Shown: positions 1-9,726, numbered from the stretch's first letter. The stretch: DNA of 32,000 nt from Coprobacillaceae bacterium (GCA_963675915.1 OY780959.1:240001-272000), one strand, 5' to 3'. The notes: generated by a model not told the origin, from the sequence alone. A program made the numbers and translations.

Positions 1-211
1 AGCGCCGAACTATCAAAGGGCTTACGACATGGTTTATTCGCTTTGTTCTGAAGACTATTTCATTGTGATTGGCTGTTCATGTTATACTTCGATTGCGGTT
101 GAACTGCGCAAAGTGGCTAAAATCAAACGGGCCAACGTTATCGAAATTCAGGAAGATGCGGCTGCGAAGGTACCGGAATTACTGAAAAATTTAGTTGAAC
201 ACAAAAATTAG
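1..211 (+). CDS. 3' end of an upstream gene (about 69 C-terminal codons); weak resemblance to the C-terminus of Sir2-type deacylases
   Basis: Frame 2 is open from the window edge to TAG 209-211. The pattern FIVIGCSCYTS...ANVIEIQ recalls the Sir2 'viGTSl.V.P...vieiN' region but is not diagnostic. Confidence 0.35.
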   Translation, partial: APNYQRAYDMVYSLCSEDYFIVIGCSCYTSIAVELRKVAKIKRANVIEIQEDAAAKVPELLKNLVEHKN

Positions 212-240
212 TTGACAAATAATATGATTATTAGTAATAT
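212..240 (+). promoter_or_regulatory. sigma-A-type promoter of the aroF leader
   Basis: TTGACA 212-217, 17-nt spacer, TAATAT 235-240, directly upstream of the T-box leader. Confidence 0.55.
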
Positions 241-261
241 ACGTTTAAATACAGTGATAAG

Positions 262-491
262 AAATAGTAATGATAACCCTTTTGTCTAGAGAGTTCTTGG
301 TTGGTGGAAAAGAATCAGAAATTATCATGAATACATCTTTGAGTAGAACGTTGAAAACAAGTAGGCGTATCCGGTTATAACCGTTATATTATGTGAGTAT
401 GATAGTACTTGAAGAGGTTGCCGTAGTGATGCGGTGATAAACAAAGGTGGTAACGCGATGACTCGCCCTTTATAGGGACGAGTCTTTTTTA
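262..491 (+). promoter_or_regulatory. T-box riboswitch leader, specifier UAC (Tyr)
   Basis: AGUA 266-269 and GAA 329-331 flank a 7-bp helix (270-276 with 322-328). AGAGAG at 288-293. UAC 332-334 is followed by A. T-box core AAAGGTGGTAACGCG at 443-457. Terminator hairpin 460-484 plus T-run 485-490. Confidence 0.8.
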
Positions 492-522
492 TTTCTAAAA
501 AAGAGAACAGGAGAGCAGAATT

Positions 523-1527
523 ATGATTATCGTATTAAAATCAAAAGCAACAGCAGAAGACATTAAAATCGTCGAGGATATTGTCCGTTCAAAAGGATTG
601 ACACCTCACGTATCGACTGGTGATGAACAAACAATTATCGGACTGGTTGGGGATACGACCAAGATCGACCCGGAAACAATCGAAGTCAATCCAATTGTTG
701 AAAGAGTCATGCATGTATCGGTGCCATACAAACTGGCCAGCCGTCATTTCCATCCAGAAGACAGCATCATCGATGTTTCAGGTGTCAAAGTTGGTGGCGG
801 AAACTATGCTTACATTGCCGGACCATGTTCGGTTGAAAGTGAAGAACAGGTTATTGAAATCGCCAAAGCGGCCAAAGCTGCCGGAGCAAACATGCTTCGT
901 GGTGGGGCGTTCAAACCACGTACCAGCCCATACGCATTCCAAGGAATGGGATCAAAAGCATTGGATATTCTGGTTAAAGCCCGCGAGCTTACTGGACTTC
1001 CAATCGTAACTGAACTGATGGATGTCGACCATATTGAAGAATTCGAAGAAAAAGTGGATATGATCCAAATCGGAGCCCGCAACATGCAAAACTTCACTTT
1101 ATTAAAAGAAGTAGGGAAACGAACAACCAAACCGATCTTATTGAAAAGAGGTCTGGCTGCTACTTACCAAGAATGGATCATGTCAGCTGAATACATCATG
1201 GCCAGCGGGAACAAGAACGTCATCCTTTGTGAAAGAGGGATCCGTACTTTCGAAACTTATACAAGAAACACTTTGGATCTTCAGGCAATTCCAGTCCTGA
1301 GAAGAATGACTCACCTTCCAATCATCATCGATCCATCACATGCCGGAGGAAAATACTGGCTGGTTGAACCGATGGCTAAAGCGGCGATGATTACCGGGGC
1401 GGACGGATTGATGATCGAAGTCCACAATGATCCTGCTTGCGCACTTTGCGATGGAGCTCAATCATTGAAACCGGAAAAATTTGCGAGCCTGATGGAGAAA
1501 ATTAAAAAAATCGAAACGATTATGTAA
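523..1527 (+). CDS. aroF: 3-deoxy-7-phosphoheptulonate (DAHP) synthase, type I-beta, with N-terminal ferredoxin-like regulatory domain
   Basis: 334-aa ORF with AGGAGAG RBS. The KDO8P/DAHP-synthase barrel motifs are present (GPCSVES, LRGGAFKPRTSPY.FQG, KRG, IIDPSH). An extra ~65-aa N-terminal domain resembles Thermotoga-type enzymes. Confidence 0.9.
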   Translation: MIIVLKSKATAEDIKIVEDIVRSKGLTPHVSTGDEQTIIGLVGDTTKIDPETIEVNPIVERVMHVSVPYKLASRHFHPEDSIIDVSGVKVGGGNYAYIAGPCSVESEEQVIEIAKAAKAAGANMLRGGAFKPRTSPYAFQGMGSKALDILVKARELTGLPIVTELMDVDHIEEFEEKVDMIQIGARNMQNFTLLKEVGKRTTKPILLKRGLAATYQEWIMSAEYIMASGNKNVILCERGIRTFETYTRNTLDLQAIPVLRRMTHLPIIIDPSHAGGKYWLVEPMAKAAMITGADGLMIEVHNDPACALCDGAQSLKPEKFASLMEKIKKIETIM

Positions 1528-2349
1528 TCATTTCGATAGGATTTCAACTCCGGTAGGAGTTATCAAGATAGTATGTTCAAATTGGCAGGAAGGATAGCCG
1601 TCTTCGGTATAGACAGTCCAGTTATCGCCGGCGTCGACGAAAACTTCCTGAGAACCAAGATTGAGCATTGGTTCGATTGTAAAGACCATGCCGGGAATAA
1701 TAGTATAGGTCTTTTCGTTTGGTTTGAAATGGTACACGTAAGGGTCCTCGTGCAAAGCGAGCCCGACTCCATGTCCGGTGAATTCCCGAACCACGCTCAA
1801 ATCGTGTTCATGGGCGTATTTTTCAATCACGGCTCCGATGTCGCCAATCGTGGTTTCGTAAGGGACAATCGACTCGATGGCCAATTCCAGCGCCTCTTTG
1901 GTGTGGAATACCAGATCCTGGATGATTGGGTGAACCTCACCGATCATATAGGTTCGTGAAGCATCGCCGTAATAATCGTTGTACATGGTGGTGGCATCGA
2001 TATTGATGATATCGCCGTCTTGAAGAATATCCTCGCTGTTGGGAATACCGTGACATACCACATCGTTGAGCGATGTGCAGATGTGCTTTGGATACCCCAT
2101 GTACCCGAAGTCAGCGCACACGGCACCTTTTTCCCGGGTGAATTTTTCGGTCATCTCATCGATCTGCAAAGTCGAGATTCCGGCTTTGACATGGTCTTCC
2201 AAATAGTCCAACAATGCGGTGTTGATGTCGCATGCTTGGCGAATTCCTTCGATTTGTTCATTGTTTTTTATGATTTCAGGGGGCGGGATCAAGTGGCCGC
2301 TCGCTTCTAATTCTTTGATTTTTTCTAAGTCTACGAAGTCTGGATACAT
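1528..2349 (-). CDS. map: methionine aminopeptidase, type I
   Basis: 273-aa ORF with the metal-ligand context of MetAP (VCHGIP, DGDIINID, DASRT, FTGHGVG, FTIEP, FEHT). Confidence 0.95.
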   Translation of the reverse strand: MYPDFVDLEKIKELEASGHLIPPPEIIKNNEQIEGIRQACDINTALLDYLEDHVKAGISTLQIDEMTEKFTREKGAVCADFGYMGYPKHICTSLNDVVCHGIPNSEDILQDGDIINIDATTMYNDYYGDASRTYMIGEVHPIIQDLVFHTKEALELAIESIVPYETTIGDIGAVIEKYAHEHDLSVVREFTGHGVGLALHEDPYVYHFKPNEKTYTIIPGMVFTIEPMLNLGSQEVFVDAGDNWTVYTEDGYPSCQFEHTILITPTGVEILSK

Positions 2350-2485
2350 TGTAATTACCTCCGCTTCAATTATAACACAATCTGGGAAAATTCAATATTT
2401 ATTAGCTTAAAAATAATCTTTTTGGATTAAAAGCAAGACATCTTGAAAAAAACTGAAAAATTAGAATATAAATTGGAATATCTAC

Positions 2486-2513
2486 TTGAAATAACTTTGT
2501 AATAGTGTATAAT
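2486..2513 (+). promoter_or_regulatory. candidate rpsU promoter
   Basis: TTGAAA 2486-2491, 16-nt spacer, TATAAT 2508-2513. Confidence 0.5.
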
Positions 2514-2548
2514 GATAAAGAATTTAGAGTCGAAAGGGGGAAAGAAGA

Positions 2549-2731
2549 ATGGCAAAGACAGTTGTAAGAGATAACGAATCATTAGATGACGCTCTTAGAA
2601 GATTTAAAAGACAAGTTTCTAGAACTGGAACCCTTGCAGAAGCTCGTAAAAGAGAATTTTATGTAAAACCAGGTTTAAAAAGAAAATTAAAGTCTGAAGC
2701 AGCAAGAAAAAACAATAAGAAAAAAAGATAG
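2549..2731 (+). CDS. rpsU: 30S ribosomal protein S21
   Basis: 60-aa basic ORF ([12 protein letters not shown]...REFY.KPG..RK) with GGGGGAAAG RBS. Confidence 0.95.
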   Translation: MAKTVVRDNESLDDALRRFKRQVSRTGTLAEARKREFYVKPGLKRKLKSEAARKNNKKKR

Positions 2732-2756
2732 GCTCATGCAAATGAGTCTTTTTTTT
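2731..2756 (+). terminator. intrinsic terminator after rpsU
   Basis: GGCTCAT / ATGAGTC stem with a GCAA loop, followed by an 8-T run. Confidence 0.75.
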
Positions 2757-2827
2757 ATGCCATATTTCACGTGAAATGTTGCGTTAATCAGGGTGGTTTG
2801 ATAAAATGGAATAAATAAGGAGACTAT

Positions 2828-3784
2828 ATGAAAGATACTATTCAGATTACCGATTTCAGCATCGACAAGCTAAGTTTGCTTAGTGGTTCCAATGACAAGC
2901 ATTTCGAGATAATCGAAGATCAGCTTAGAGTCGAGATATCCCTGAGAGGTGATATGATCTCGATTTCCGGCAAGGATGAACACAGCATCAAGGAAGCCAA
3001 GGATGTCCTTGAAGCTCTGATTGGCTTGATCAAAAAAGGAATTCAGATTCATCGTCGTGACGTAATTTATGCTTTGCGTCTTGAAGACAAACAAAACCTG
3101 GAATCGATCGAGGAACTTTATAAGATTAAAATCGCCCGTACGATTACCGGGAAACTGATTTATCCCAAAACGTTTGGTCAGAAAGTCTATTATCAGGCCC
3201 TGAAAAACAACGATGTCGTTTTTGGGATTGGTCCTGCCGGTACCGGAAAGACCTATATGGCGGTGGTCATGGCGGTAACTGCGCTTAAAAACAATGAGGT
3301 TCAGCGAATTGTTCTGACTCGTCCGGCGGTTGAAGCCGGCGAATCACTTGGTTTCTTGCCGGGTGATCTTAAAGAGAAAGTTGATCCTTACTTGCGCCCG
3401 CTCTATGACGCGCTCTATGACATGCTTGGTTTGGAACAAACCGAGAAACTGATTGAAAAAGGAATCATTGAAATCGCACCTTTGGCCTACATGCGGGGGC
3501 GGACTCTTGAAGATGCTTATGTCATCCTCGATGAGGCCCAAAATACCACCAAGGCCCAGATGAAAATGTTTTTGACCCGGTTGGGGTTCAACTCCAAAAT
3601 GATTGTCACCGGTGATGTTTCACAAATCGATCTTCCTTGGGGAGTCGACTCTGGGCTAAGACAGGCATCGAAGATTCTCAAGGGGATCAAAGGAATAAAA
3701 TTCGTGTATCTCAGCCCGATGGATGTGGTTCGTCATCCGGTCGTTCAAAAGATCATCGAAAGTTACGACAAAATCGAAGAGTAA
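2828..3784 (+). CDS. phoH: PhoH-like ATPase
   Basis: 318 aa. Walker A GPAGTGKTY, Walker B ILDEAQN, and conserved LTRPAVEAGE.LGFLPG and GD.SQIDLP motifs. Confidence 0.9.
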   Translation: MKDTIQITDFSIDKLSLLSGSNDKHFEIIEDQLRVEISLRGDMISISGKDEHSIKEAKDVLEALIGLIKKGIQIHRRDVIYALRLEDKQNLESIEELYKIKIARTITGKLIYPKTFGQKVYYQALKNNDVVFGIGPAGTGKTYMAVVMAVTALKNNEVQRIVLTRPAVEAGESLGFLPGDLKEKVDPYLRPLYDALYDMLGLEQTEKLIEKGIIEIAPLAYMRGRTLEDAYVILDEAQNTTKAQMKMFLTRLGFNSKMIVTGDVSQIDLPWGVDSGLRQASKILKGIKGIKFVYLSPMDVVRHPVVQKIIESYDKIEE

Positions 3785-3863
3785 ACCATATTTTCACATT
3801 AAATTTTTGGATTTTTACGGAACTGTTATTCTATAATTGACTTAGTTACAAAGGAGTGATTAT

Positions 3864-4985
3864 ATGGAACAACAAGAAAAAAATAAAAATTTCCTGCAAT
3901 TTTTCATTATTTTAATAGTTGTCGTCTTGATGGCGAGTAACGTATATCTTTTTATCGAAGTCCAGGATCTCAAGGGGGCGTCTGCCAATAACACCAACCA
4001 GACCAGTGAGACCGCGACGACGGTTGCCAATGTCCAGTATGATGTTACAACGACCACTACTGAAGTGGTTTCCGATGTTGAGAACTCGGTAGTCGGAGTG
4101 GCCAATTATGTCAACGGTCAACTGTATTCAACCGGTTCGGGCGTTGTGTATCGGGTTTCGGGAACAACGACTTACATCATCACCAATAATCATGTTATCG
4201 ATGATGGGACGTCTTTTGAAGTCGTGTTTGCCGACGGGAACACTTATGATGCCGATTTGGTAGGTGGGGACACTTATTCGGATATCGCGGTTTTGGCGGT
4301 TAAAAATGTCTCAAATCCTCAACCAATCGATATCGGTTCGACAGCTTTGCTTGATTCAGGGGAAACTGTAATTGCAATCGGATCGCCGCTGGGGCTTGAA
4401 TATTCAGGAACCGTGACTCAAGGGGTTATTTCCGGAAAAGACCGGACCATCACTTTGGATCTTAACAGCGATGGTGTGGCTGATTGGGATATGAACGTAA
4501 TCCAGACCGATGCGGCCATCAACCCGGGAAACAGTGGCGGGGCTTTGGTCAATATGGCCGGGGAATTGGTTGGAATAACTTCTTCCAAACTGGCGGCCAC
4601 TGATGTCGAAGGAATGGGATTTGCCATTCCGGTTGAAGATGCAACCACTTATGCGGATCAGATTATTCAAAACGGTGAAGTGGTAAGACCGGTCTTTGGA
4701 ATCTCATCAGTTTCATTGGAAAACTATTCTTCATACCAACGGGCTTTTTATGGCATTTCATCAAATCTCAATACCGGAATCTATATTGCGAAAGTATATG
4801 ATGATTCGGCTGCGGATCAAGCCGGGCTTGAAGAAGGTGACGTAATTACCGAATTCGACGGGGTTACTGTGACAACCTACAAATCGTTCCTGAGTGCCCT
4901 TTATTCAAAAGAGCCGGGAGATACTGTCAAAGTGACTTATAACCGCAACGGAAGAAACACCACAGTTAATGTGACTTTAAAATAA
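3864..4985 (+). CDS. htrA: HtrA/DegP-family serine protease with N-terminal membrane anchor and C-terminal PDZ domain
   Basis: 373 aa with a TM helix near the N-terminus. Catalytic contexts TNNHVI, DIAVL and GNSGGAL. PDZ-like tail with GLEEGDVI. Confidence 0.9.
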   Translation: MEQQEKNKNFLQFFIILIVVVLMASNVYLFIEVQDLKGASANNTNQTSETATTVANVQYDVTTTTTEVVSDVENSVVGVANYVNGQLYSTGSGVVYRVSGTTTYIITNNHVIDDGTSFEVVFADGNTYDADLVGGDTYSDIAVLAVKNVSNPQPIDIGSTALLDSGETVIAIGSPLGLEYSGTVTQGVISGKDRTITLDLNSDGVADWDMNVIQTDAAINPGNSGGALVNMAGELVGITSSKLAATDVEGMGFAIPVEDATTYADQIIQNGEVVRPVFGISSVSLENYSSYQRAFYGISSNLNTGIYIAKVYDDSAADQAGLEEGDVITEFDGVTVTTYKSFLSALYSKEPGDTVKVTYNRNGRNTTVNVTLK

Positions 4986-4997
4986 TTTCAAATAAAC

Positions 4998-5030
4998 AAA
5001 CCCTCGGTGGCAATTTGCTCCGGGGGTTTT
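4998..5030 (+). terminator. intrinsic terminator after htrA
   Basis: AAACCCTCGG ... CCGGGGGTTT hairpin followed by T residues. Confidence 0.7.
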
Positions 5031-5055
5031 AGTCTTATGGAAATATTGGGAAAAC

Positions 5056-5079
5056 AAAAAAACGGCCAGGCCGTTTTTA
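5056..5079 (-). terminator. intrinsic terminator after ferredoxin (A/T-flanked, potentially bidirectional)
   Basis: AAAAAACGGCcagGCCGTTTTT. On the minus strand the hairpin is followed by a 7-T run. Confidence 0.7.
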
Positions 5080-5085
5080 CTTTAA

Positions 5086-5271
5086 TTATTCTACAACGAT
5101 TGCTTCAACTGGACAAGCAGTAGCAGCTTCTTTAGCAGATTCTTCGTTATCTCCTAAGTCACCAGCTATAACAACTGCCAAACCATCATCACCTAATTCG
5201 AATACTTCTGGTGCGATTCCAACACATGCTCCACATCCGATGCAAGTATCAAGTACTGTAGCTTTTGCCAT
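5086..5271 (-). CDS. fer: small [4Fe-4S]/[3Fe-4S] ferredoxin
   Basis: 61 aa from the internal ATG at 5271, preceded by AAAGGAGG. CIGCGAC...ACP cluster motif. The 75-aa track ORF looks like an over-extension. Confidence 0.85.
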   Translation of the reverse strand: MAKATVLDTCIGCGACVGIAPEVFELGDDGLAVVIAGDLGDNEESAKEAATACPVEAIVVE

Positions 5272-5397
5272 AATGAATCCTCCTTTTTTTCTTTCACCGA
5301 AATTATAGCACAAAAGTGCTCAAAATAAAAGATGTTTGTTTCTTTTTATTATGATATAATATGGATGTAAATATTAAAAAAAGCGGGGAGTAAGGAC

Positions 5398-6165
5398 ATG
5401 TCGAGATATGAAAAATATCGCAGTTTGCGTGAAGGCATCAAAGAGCTTAATGCCGAAAAGAAAACAGATAATGAAGTAGTTGTGGAAGCGTCACAATCCC
5501 AACAGGATGACTTCCTGGATTTTCTGGGAGAAAAGAGCGAATCAACTGTCAAAACCGAACCGAATGAAGATACTCTGGAAGTGGCCAAAACTTTCAAAGA
5601 TATTAAAAATGAAAAAGATCCGGACGTTGACCGGGCAATCCAGTCAGCCAAAAAATCATTGGGTGAATCGGAAAGTACCCGAATCAATATCCTGAACAAA
5701 ATAAAAAATCCAACTGTTGAAAAAGTAGTGGTTGATGCGGATGAAAAATATCAGACCGCTGATTTCAGCGCCGGGATGTTCATTCATCCAACCAAAGGCA
5801 AAATATCGGAACACGAACCGGAAATGGCTGTGGCTGAAGTTGAGGAAGTCAAATTGGATGATGAAATCGAAACTAAAAAAACCGGTGAATCAAAACGGGC
5901 TAAGACCCTGATGGAACGCCTTGAAGAAATTACAAAGGAACAGGAACAGGAAATGCCGGCAGCCAAAGGGGAAAAAAGCGAGGTTAAGGCAGCAAATGTC
6001 CCTGAATTTGGGGAAGACACCATGGAAATCGTCGCTGGTGATCTTGACTATGATAATGAATTTGTCGAAAATGGCAAAGGAGCATTGATATTGAATGTGA
6101 TTATTGGTATTCTATTAGTTGTGTTTGTTGCGCTGTGTGTTTACATAGCGATACAGTTAATATAG
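5398..6165 (+). CDS. hypothetical acidic protein with a single C-terminal transmembrane helix (tail-anchored)
   Basis: 255-aa ORF with GGGGAG RBS. Long E/D/K-rich low-complexity body and a hydrophobic C-terminus ALILNVIIGILLVVFVALCVYIAIQLI. No recognisable family. Confidence 0.6.
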   Translation: MSRYEKYRSLREGIKELNAEKKTDNEVVVEASQSQQDDFLDFLGEKSESTVKTEPNEDTLEVAKTFKDIKNEKDPDVDRAIQSAKKSLGESESTRINILNKIKNPTVEKVVVDADEKYQTADFSAGMFIHPTKGKISEHEPEMAVAEVEEVKLDDEIETKKTGESKRAKTLMERLEEITKEQEQEMPAAKGEKSEVKAANVPEFGEDTMEIVAGDLDYDNEFVENGKGALILNVIIGILLVVFVALCVYIAIQLI

Positions 6166-6175
6166 GAGACTAAGA

Positions 6176-6838
6176 ATGAGTAAAATCACAATTGCCATAG
6201 ATGGACCGAGTGCATCGGGAAAATCGACAGTTGCAAAGATTGTAGCTAAAAAACTGAATTACATTTACATTGACAGTGGAGCCATGTATCGTTCGGTTTG
6301 TTTATACTGTTTATCTCATGACATTGATATTAACGATGAAGCAGCCGTGAGTGCTGCTTTAATTGATATGGATATCGATATGGATGCGACGGGAGTCATT
6401 TACCTTAATGGTGAAAATGTATCGGACAAAATCCGTGAAGACCATATCAGCATCGGAGCGTCAATAGTTTCCCAATATCAGGCAGTACGTGATGCTCTTG
6501 TTGCCAAACAACGCGAAATTGCCGCAAAAGGCGGAACAATCATGGATGGTAGGGATATTGGAACTGTGGTGCTTAAAGATGCCGAGTTGAAAATCTACCA
6601 AGTTGCTTCAAGTGAAACACGGGCTAAGCGCCGTTATGAAGACAATTTGTCACGCGGTCTCGAGGCGGATTACAATAAAATCCTGACTGAAATCAAGCAG
6701 CGTGACTATCAGGACACTCATCGGGAAATTTCCCCGCTCAAAAAAGCGGATGATGCGATTGAAATCGATACATCGGATCTTGAAATCGAAGAAGTGGTCG
6801 AATTAATAATGAATTTAGTAAAAGAAAAGGAGGCATAA
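6176..6838 (+). CDS. cmk: cytidylate kinase
   Basis: 220 aa. P-loop [13 protein letters not shown], then DSGAMYR and DGRDIGT motifs. Confidence 0.95.
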   Translation: MSKITIAIDGPSASGKSTVAKIVAKKLNYIYIDSGAMYRSVCLYCLSHDIDINDEAAVSAALIDMDIDMDATGVIYLNGENVSDKIREDHISIGASIVSQYQAVRDALVAKQREIAAKGGTIMDGRDIGTVVLKDAELKIYQVASSETRAKRRYEDNLSRGLEADYNKILTEIKQRDYQDTHREISPLKKADDAIEIDTSDLEIEEVVELIMNLVKEKEA

Positions 6839-6839
6839 T

Positions 6840-8144
6840 ATGGCAGGTGTAGTTGCTATAGTTGGACGGGCTAATGTCGGTAAATCGACGATTTTCAACC
6901 GAATCGTAGGTCAGCGGATCTCGATTGTTGAAGACGTTGCCGGAGTTACCCGTGACAGAATTTATGCTAAGGCCAGCTGGCTGACAAAAGAATTCCGTCT
7001 GATTGATACCGGTGGGATCGAGTTGGAAAACGCTTCGTTTACCGACCAGATCACCATGCAGGCTCAGATTGCGATTGAAGAAGCGGATGTAATCATCTTT
7101 GCGGTCAACGGCCGTGACGGGGTGACCCGTGAAGACGAATATGTCGCGAGACTGCTTAAACGCAGCAAAAAGCCGGTCATTCTTGCAGTAAACAAGATTG
7201 ATGACGGTGATTTTAAAAATGAAATATATGAATTTTACTCTCTTGGAGTCGGAGATCCGATTGCGGTATCCGGAGTCCATGGGATTGGAATCGGGGACTT
7301 GCTTGATGAAGTCATCAAACAGCTTGATTTCGTTGAAGAAGAAGTTGATGAAGACGAAATCCGTTTCAGTATCATCGGACGTCCCAATGTCGGAAAATCT
7401 TCACTTACCAACGCCTTGCTTGGTGAGGAACGGGTAATCGTTTCGAATATCGAAGGGACAACCAGGGATGCCATTGATACGGCCTTTGAAAAAGACGGAC
7501 AGAAATATCGGGTTGTCGATACGGCTGGAATGCGTAAAAAAGGTAAAATATACGAAAATATTGAAAAGTATTCGATTTTAAGAGCCTTGTCGGCGATTGA
7601 AAAGAGTGACGTGGTCCTGATTGTCATCGATGGGGAAACCGGAGTTCGGGAACAGGATAAACACGTTGCCGGATACGGACACGAAGCCGGGAAAGGGATT
7701 GTCATTGTTTACAACAAATGGGATCTCGTTGAAAAAGATGACAAGACGATGGCCAAAATCGAGAAGGAACTGCGTACGCAATTCAAATATCTTGATTATG
7801 CTCCGATTGTCTTTGTGTCGGCCAAAACTCATCAGAAAGTCAATCAGATTTTCCCATTGATCGAGAAAGTCCATGAATCAAACAATAAACGAGTGCAGAC
7901 TTCAGTCTTGAACGATGTTCTTGTGGATGCCCAATTGATGAATCCGACCACTACTTTCAATAACGGAAGATTGAAAATTTATTATGCCAACCAGGTGGCG
8001 GTGGCACCGCCGACGTTTGTCTTGTTTGTCAATGATCCAAACTTCATGCATTTCTCGTACAAACGTTATCTGGAAAACAAGCTTAGAGAAGCATTTGGTT
8101 TTGAGGGGACGCCAATTCATATAATTTGTAGAAAGCGAGATTAA
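6840..8144 (+). CDS. der: ribosome-biogenesis GTPase Der (EngA), two tandem G domains plus KH-like domain
   Basis: 434 aa. G1 motifs GRANVGKS and [24 protein letters not shown]. Start lies 1 nt after the cmk stop. Confidence 0.95.
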   Translation: MAGVVAIVGRANVGKSTIFNRIVGQRISIVEDVAGVTRDRIYAKASWLTKEFRLIDTGGIELENASFTDQITMQAQIAIEEADVIIFAVNGRDGVTREDEYVARLLKRSKKPVILAVNKIDDGDFKNEIYEFYSLGVGDPIAVSGVHGIGIGDLLDEVIKQLDFVEEEVDEDEIRFSIIGRPNVGKSSLTNALLGEERVIVSNIEGTTRDAIDTAFEKDGQKYRVVDTAGMRKKGKIYENIEKYSILRALSAIEKSDVVLIVIDGETGVREQDKHVAGYGHEAGKGIVIVYNKWDLVEKDDKTMAKIEKELRTQFKYLDYAPIVFVSAKTHQKVNQIFPLIEKVHESNNKRVQTSVLNDVLVDAQLMNPTTTFNNGRLKIYYANQVAVAPPTFVLFVNDPNFMHFSYKRYLENKLREAFGFEGTPIHIICRKRD

Positions 8145-8145
8145 A

Positions 8146-9150
8146 ATGAGCAAAATTGCAATTTTAGGAACTGGGTCATGGGCTACTGCGTTAGCTCAGG
8201 TTTTAGTGGATAACGGTCACGAAATATTAATGTATGGGATCAGCAGGGACGAGATTGATGACATCAACAACAATCAACGTAACAGTAAATTCTTCCCGGA
8301 CGTTACGTTCAGTGAAAAAATAAGAGCCACTGATGATCTTGAACAGACTCTCGAAGGTGCAAGTTACATTTTGATCACTGTGCCGACTCAGGCGGTTCGG
8401 GGACTACTCGAACAGGTAAAACCGTTGCTTAAATACAAAGTGACGGTAATCAACGCTGCCAAAGGTTTCGACCTCGGTTCGAACATGAGGATGTCATCGA
8501 CAATCCGTTCGGTGTTTGACGGTGATGAAATCGATCCGGTCGTTTCTTTGATCGGACCTTCGCATGCCGAAGAAGTAATCTTGCGGCTCCTTACTGTGGT
8601 TACTGCGGTATCCCTGGATCTTGATGTGGCCAAGGATGTCCAACATCTGTTCTCAAATGACTATTTCCGGGTTTATCGCAATGATGATGAAATCGGAAGC
8701 GAATATGGTGTCGCATTCAAGAATGTCATCGCCGTGGCGGCCGGAGCCCTGGTTGGTTTGGGATATGGTGACAATACCAAAGCGGCCCTGATCACCAGAG
8801 GGTTGGCGGAAATGGTCCGCTATGGAATGAAAAAGGGCGGTCGTCTTGAAACGTATCTGGGCCTGACCGGAGTTGGAGACTTGATTGTCACCTGCTCATC
8901 ACCCCATTCACGTAACTTCCAGGCCGGTTATGAAATCGGAAGAACCAATGATGCCAAGAAGTTCATGGCAACAAACAAGAAGACCTGTGAAGGGATTCGA
9001 ACTTGCAAGGTCATCCATCTCGATGCCCAGCAATATGACGATATCGAATTGCCGATAATAGACGCAATTTATCGGGTATTATACGAAGGAAAGGAACCGA
9101 AAGTGGAAATCAACAACCTCATGTCAAGGTCGCTGAAAATTGAGGATTAA
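8146..9150 (+). CDS. gpsA: NAD(P)H-dependent glycerol-3-phosphate dehydrogenase
   Basis: 334 aa. GTGSWATALA dinucleotide fold, GPSHAEEV, NVIAVAAG, and TCSSPHSRN with AG..IG contexts. Confidence 0.95.
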   Translation: MSKIAILGTGSWATALAQVLVDNGHEILMYGISRDEIDDINNNQRNSKFFPDVTFSEKIRATDDLEQTLEGASYILITVPTQAVRGLLEQVKPLLKYKVTVINAAKGFDLGSNMRMSSTIRSVFDGDEIDPVVSLIGPSHAEEVILRLLTVVTAVSLDLDVAKDVQHLFSNDYFRVYRNDDEIGSEYGVAFKNVIAVAAGALVGLGYGDNTKAALITRGLAEMVRYGMKKGGRLETYLGLTGVGDLIVTCSSPHSRNFQAGYEIGRTNDAKKFMATNKKTCEGIRTCKVIHLDAQQYDDIELPIIDAIYRVLYEGKEPKVEINNLMSRSLKIED

Positions 9151-9166
9151 AAATCTGAATTTTTAT

Positions 9167-9195
9167 TTGACTTATAGATATGAATTCTATATAAT
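9167..9195 (+). promoter_or_regulatory. candidate promoter of yceD-rpmF
   Basis: TTGACT 9167-9172, 17-nt spacer, TATAAT 9190-9195. Confidence 0.6.
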
Positions 9196-9216
9196 GTTGA
9201 TTGCGGTTATGGAAAG

Positions 9217-9726
9217 GTGATTATTTTGAAATACAATATACAATGGATTATTAAACATAAAGGTAATTTCGATTTTGAAGAAGATATAAAGTTTCCTGAA
9301 AATCTATTTGACCCGTATTCTCAAATTAATGGCCTTAAAGACATTAATGTCTCAGGTACCGGAACCTTAGACAATAACCACGAGAAATTGGTGGTTATGC
9401 TAAATATTAAAGGGATTATGCTTTTGCCTTGCGCACTAACACTTGAAGAAGTCGAGTACCCTTTCAATATCAGTTCCACCGAAGTATTTTCCTTTGTTAA
9501 GCCTGATCCGCTAAGTGATGAGCGCGAAGTGAAGAAAAACATGATTGACTTGACCCCGGTGGTTCTTGAAAACATCATGATTGAGGTGCCGATGCGTGTC
9601 GTTAAGGATGATGCTAAAATTAAATCTGAAGGAAAAGGTTGGAAGATCTTAGACAAGGATGAAGCAAATCAAGAGGATTATATCGATCCTCGTTTAGCGA
9701 AGTTGAAAGATTATTTTAAACAGTAG
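9217..9726 (+). CDS. yceD: YceD/DUF177-family protein (23S rRNA accumulation protein-like)
   Basis: 169-aa ORF (GTG start as in the track; exact start uncertain). Conserved position immediately upstream of rpmF. Central C.L..E motif and acidic C-terminus ending DPRLAKLKDYF. Confidence 0.8.
   Translation: MIILKYNIQWIIKHKGNFDFEEDIKFPENLFDPYSQINGLKDINVSGTGTLDNNHEKLVVMLNIKGIMLLPCALTLEEVEYPFNISSTEVFSFVKPDPLSDEREVKKNMIDLTPVVLENIMIEVPMRVVKDDAKIKSEGKGWKILDKDEANQEDYIDPRLAKLKDYFKQ

Noticed and set aside
6738-7280. 180-aa minus-strand ORF overlapping the cmk/der junction
   Set aside because: It lies entirely antisense to two strongly supported housekeeping genes and has no start context or recognisable motif. 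It is a shadow ORF.
6176-8144. No rpsA (S1) gene between cmk and der, unlike the Bacillus arrangement
   Set aside because: Absence within a window says nothing about the genome. Several low-GC lineages lack or relocate S1.
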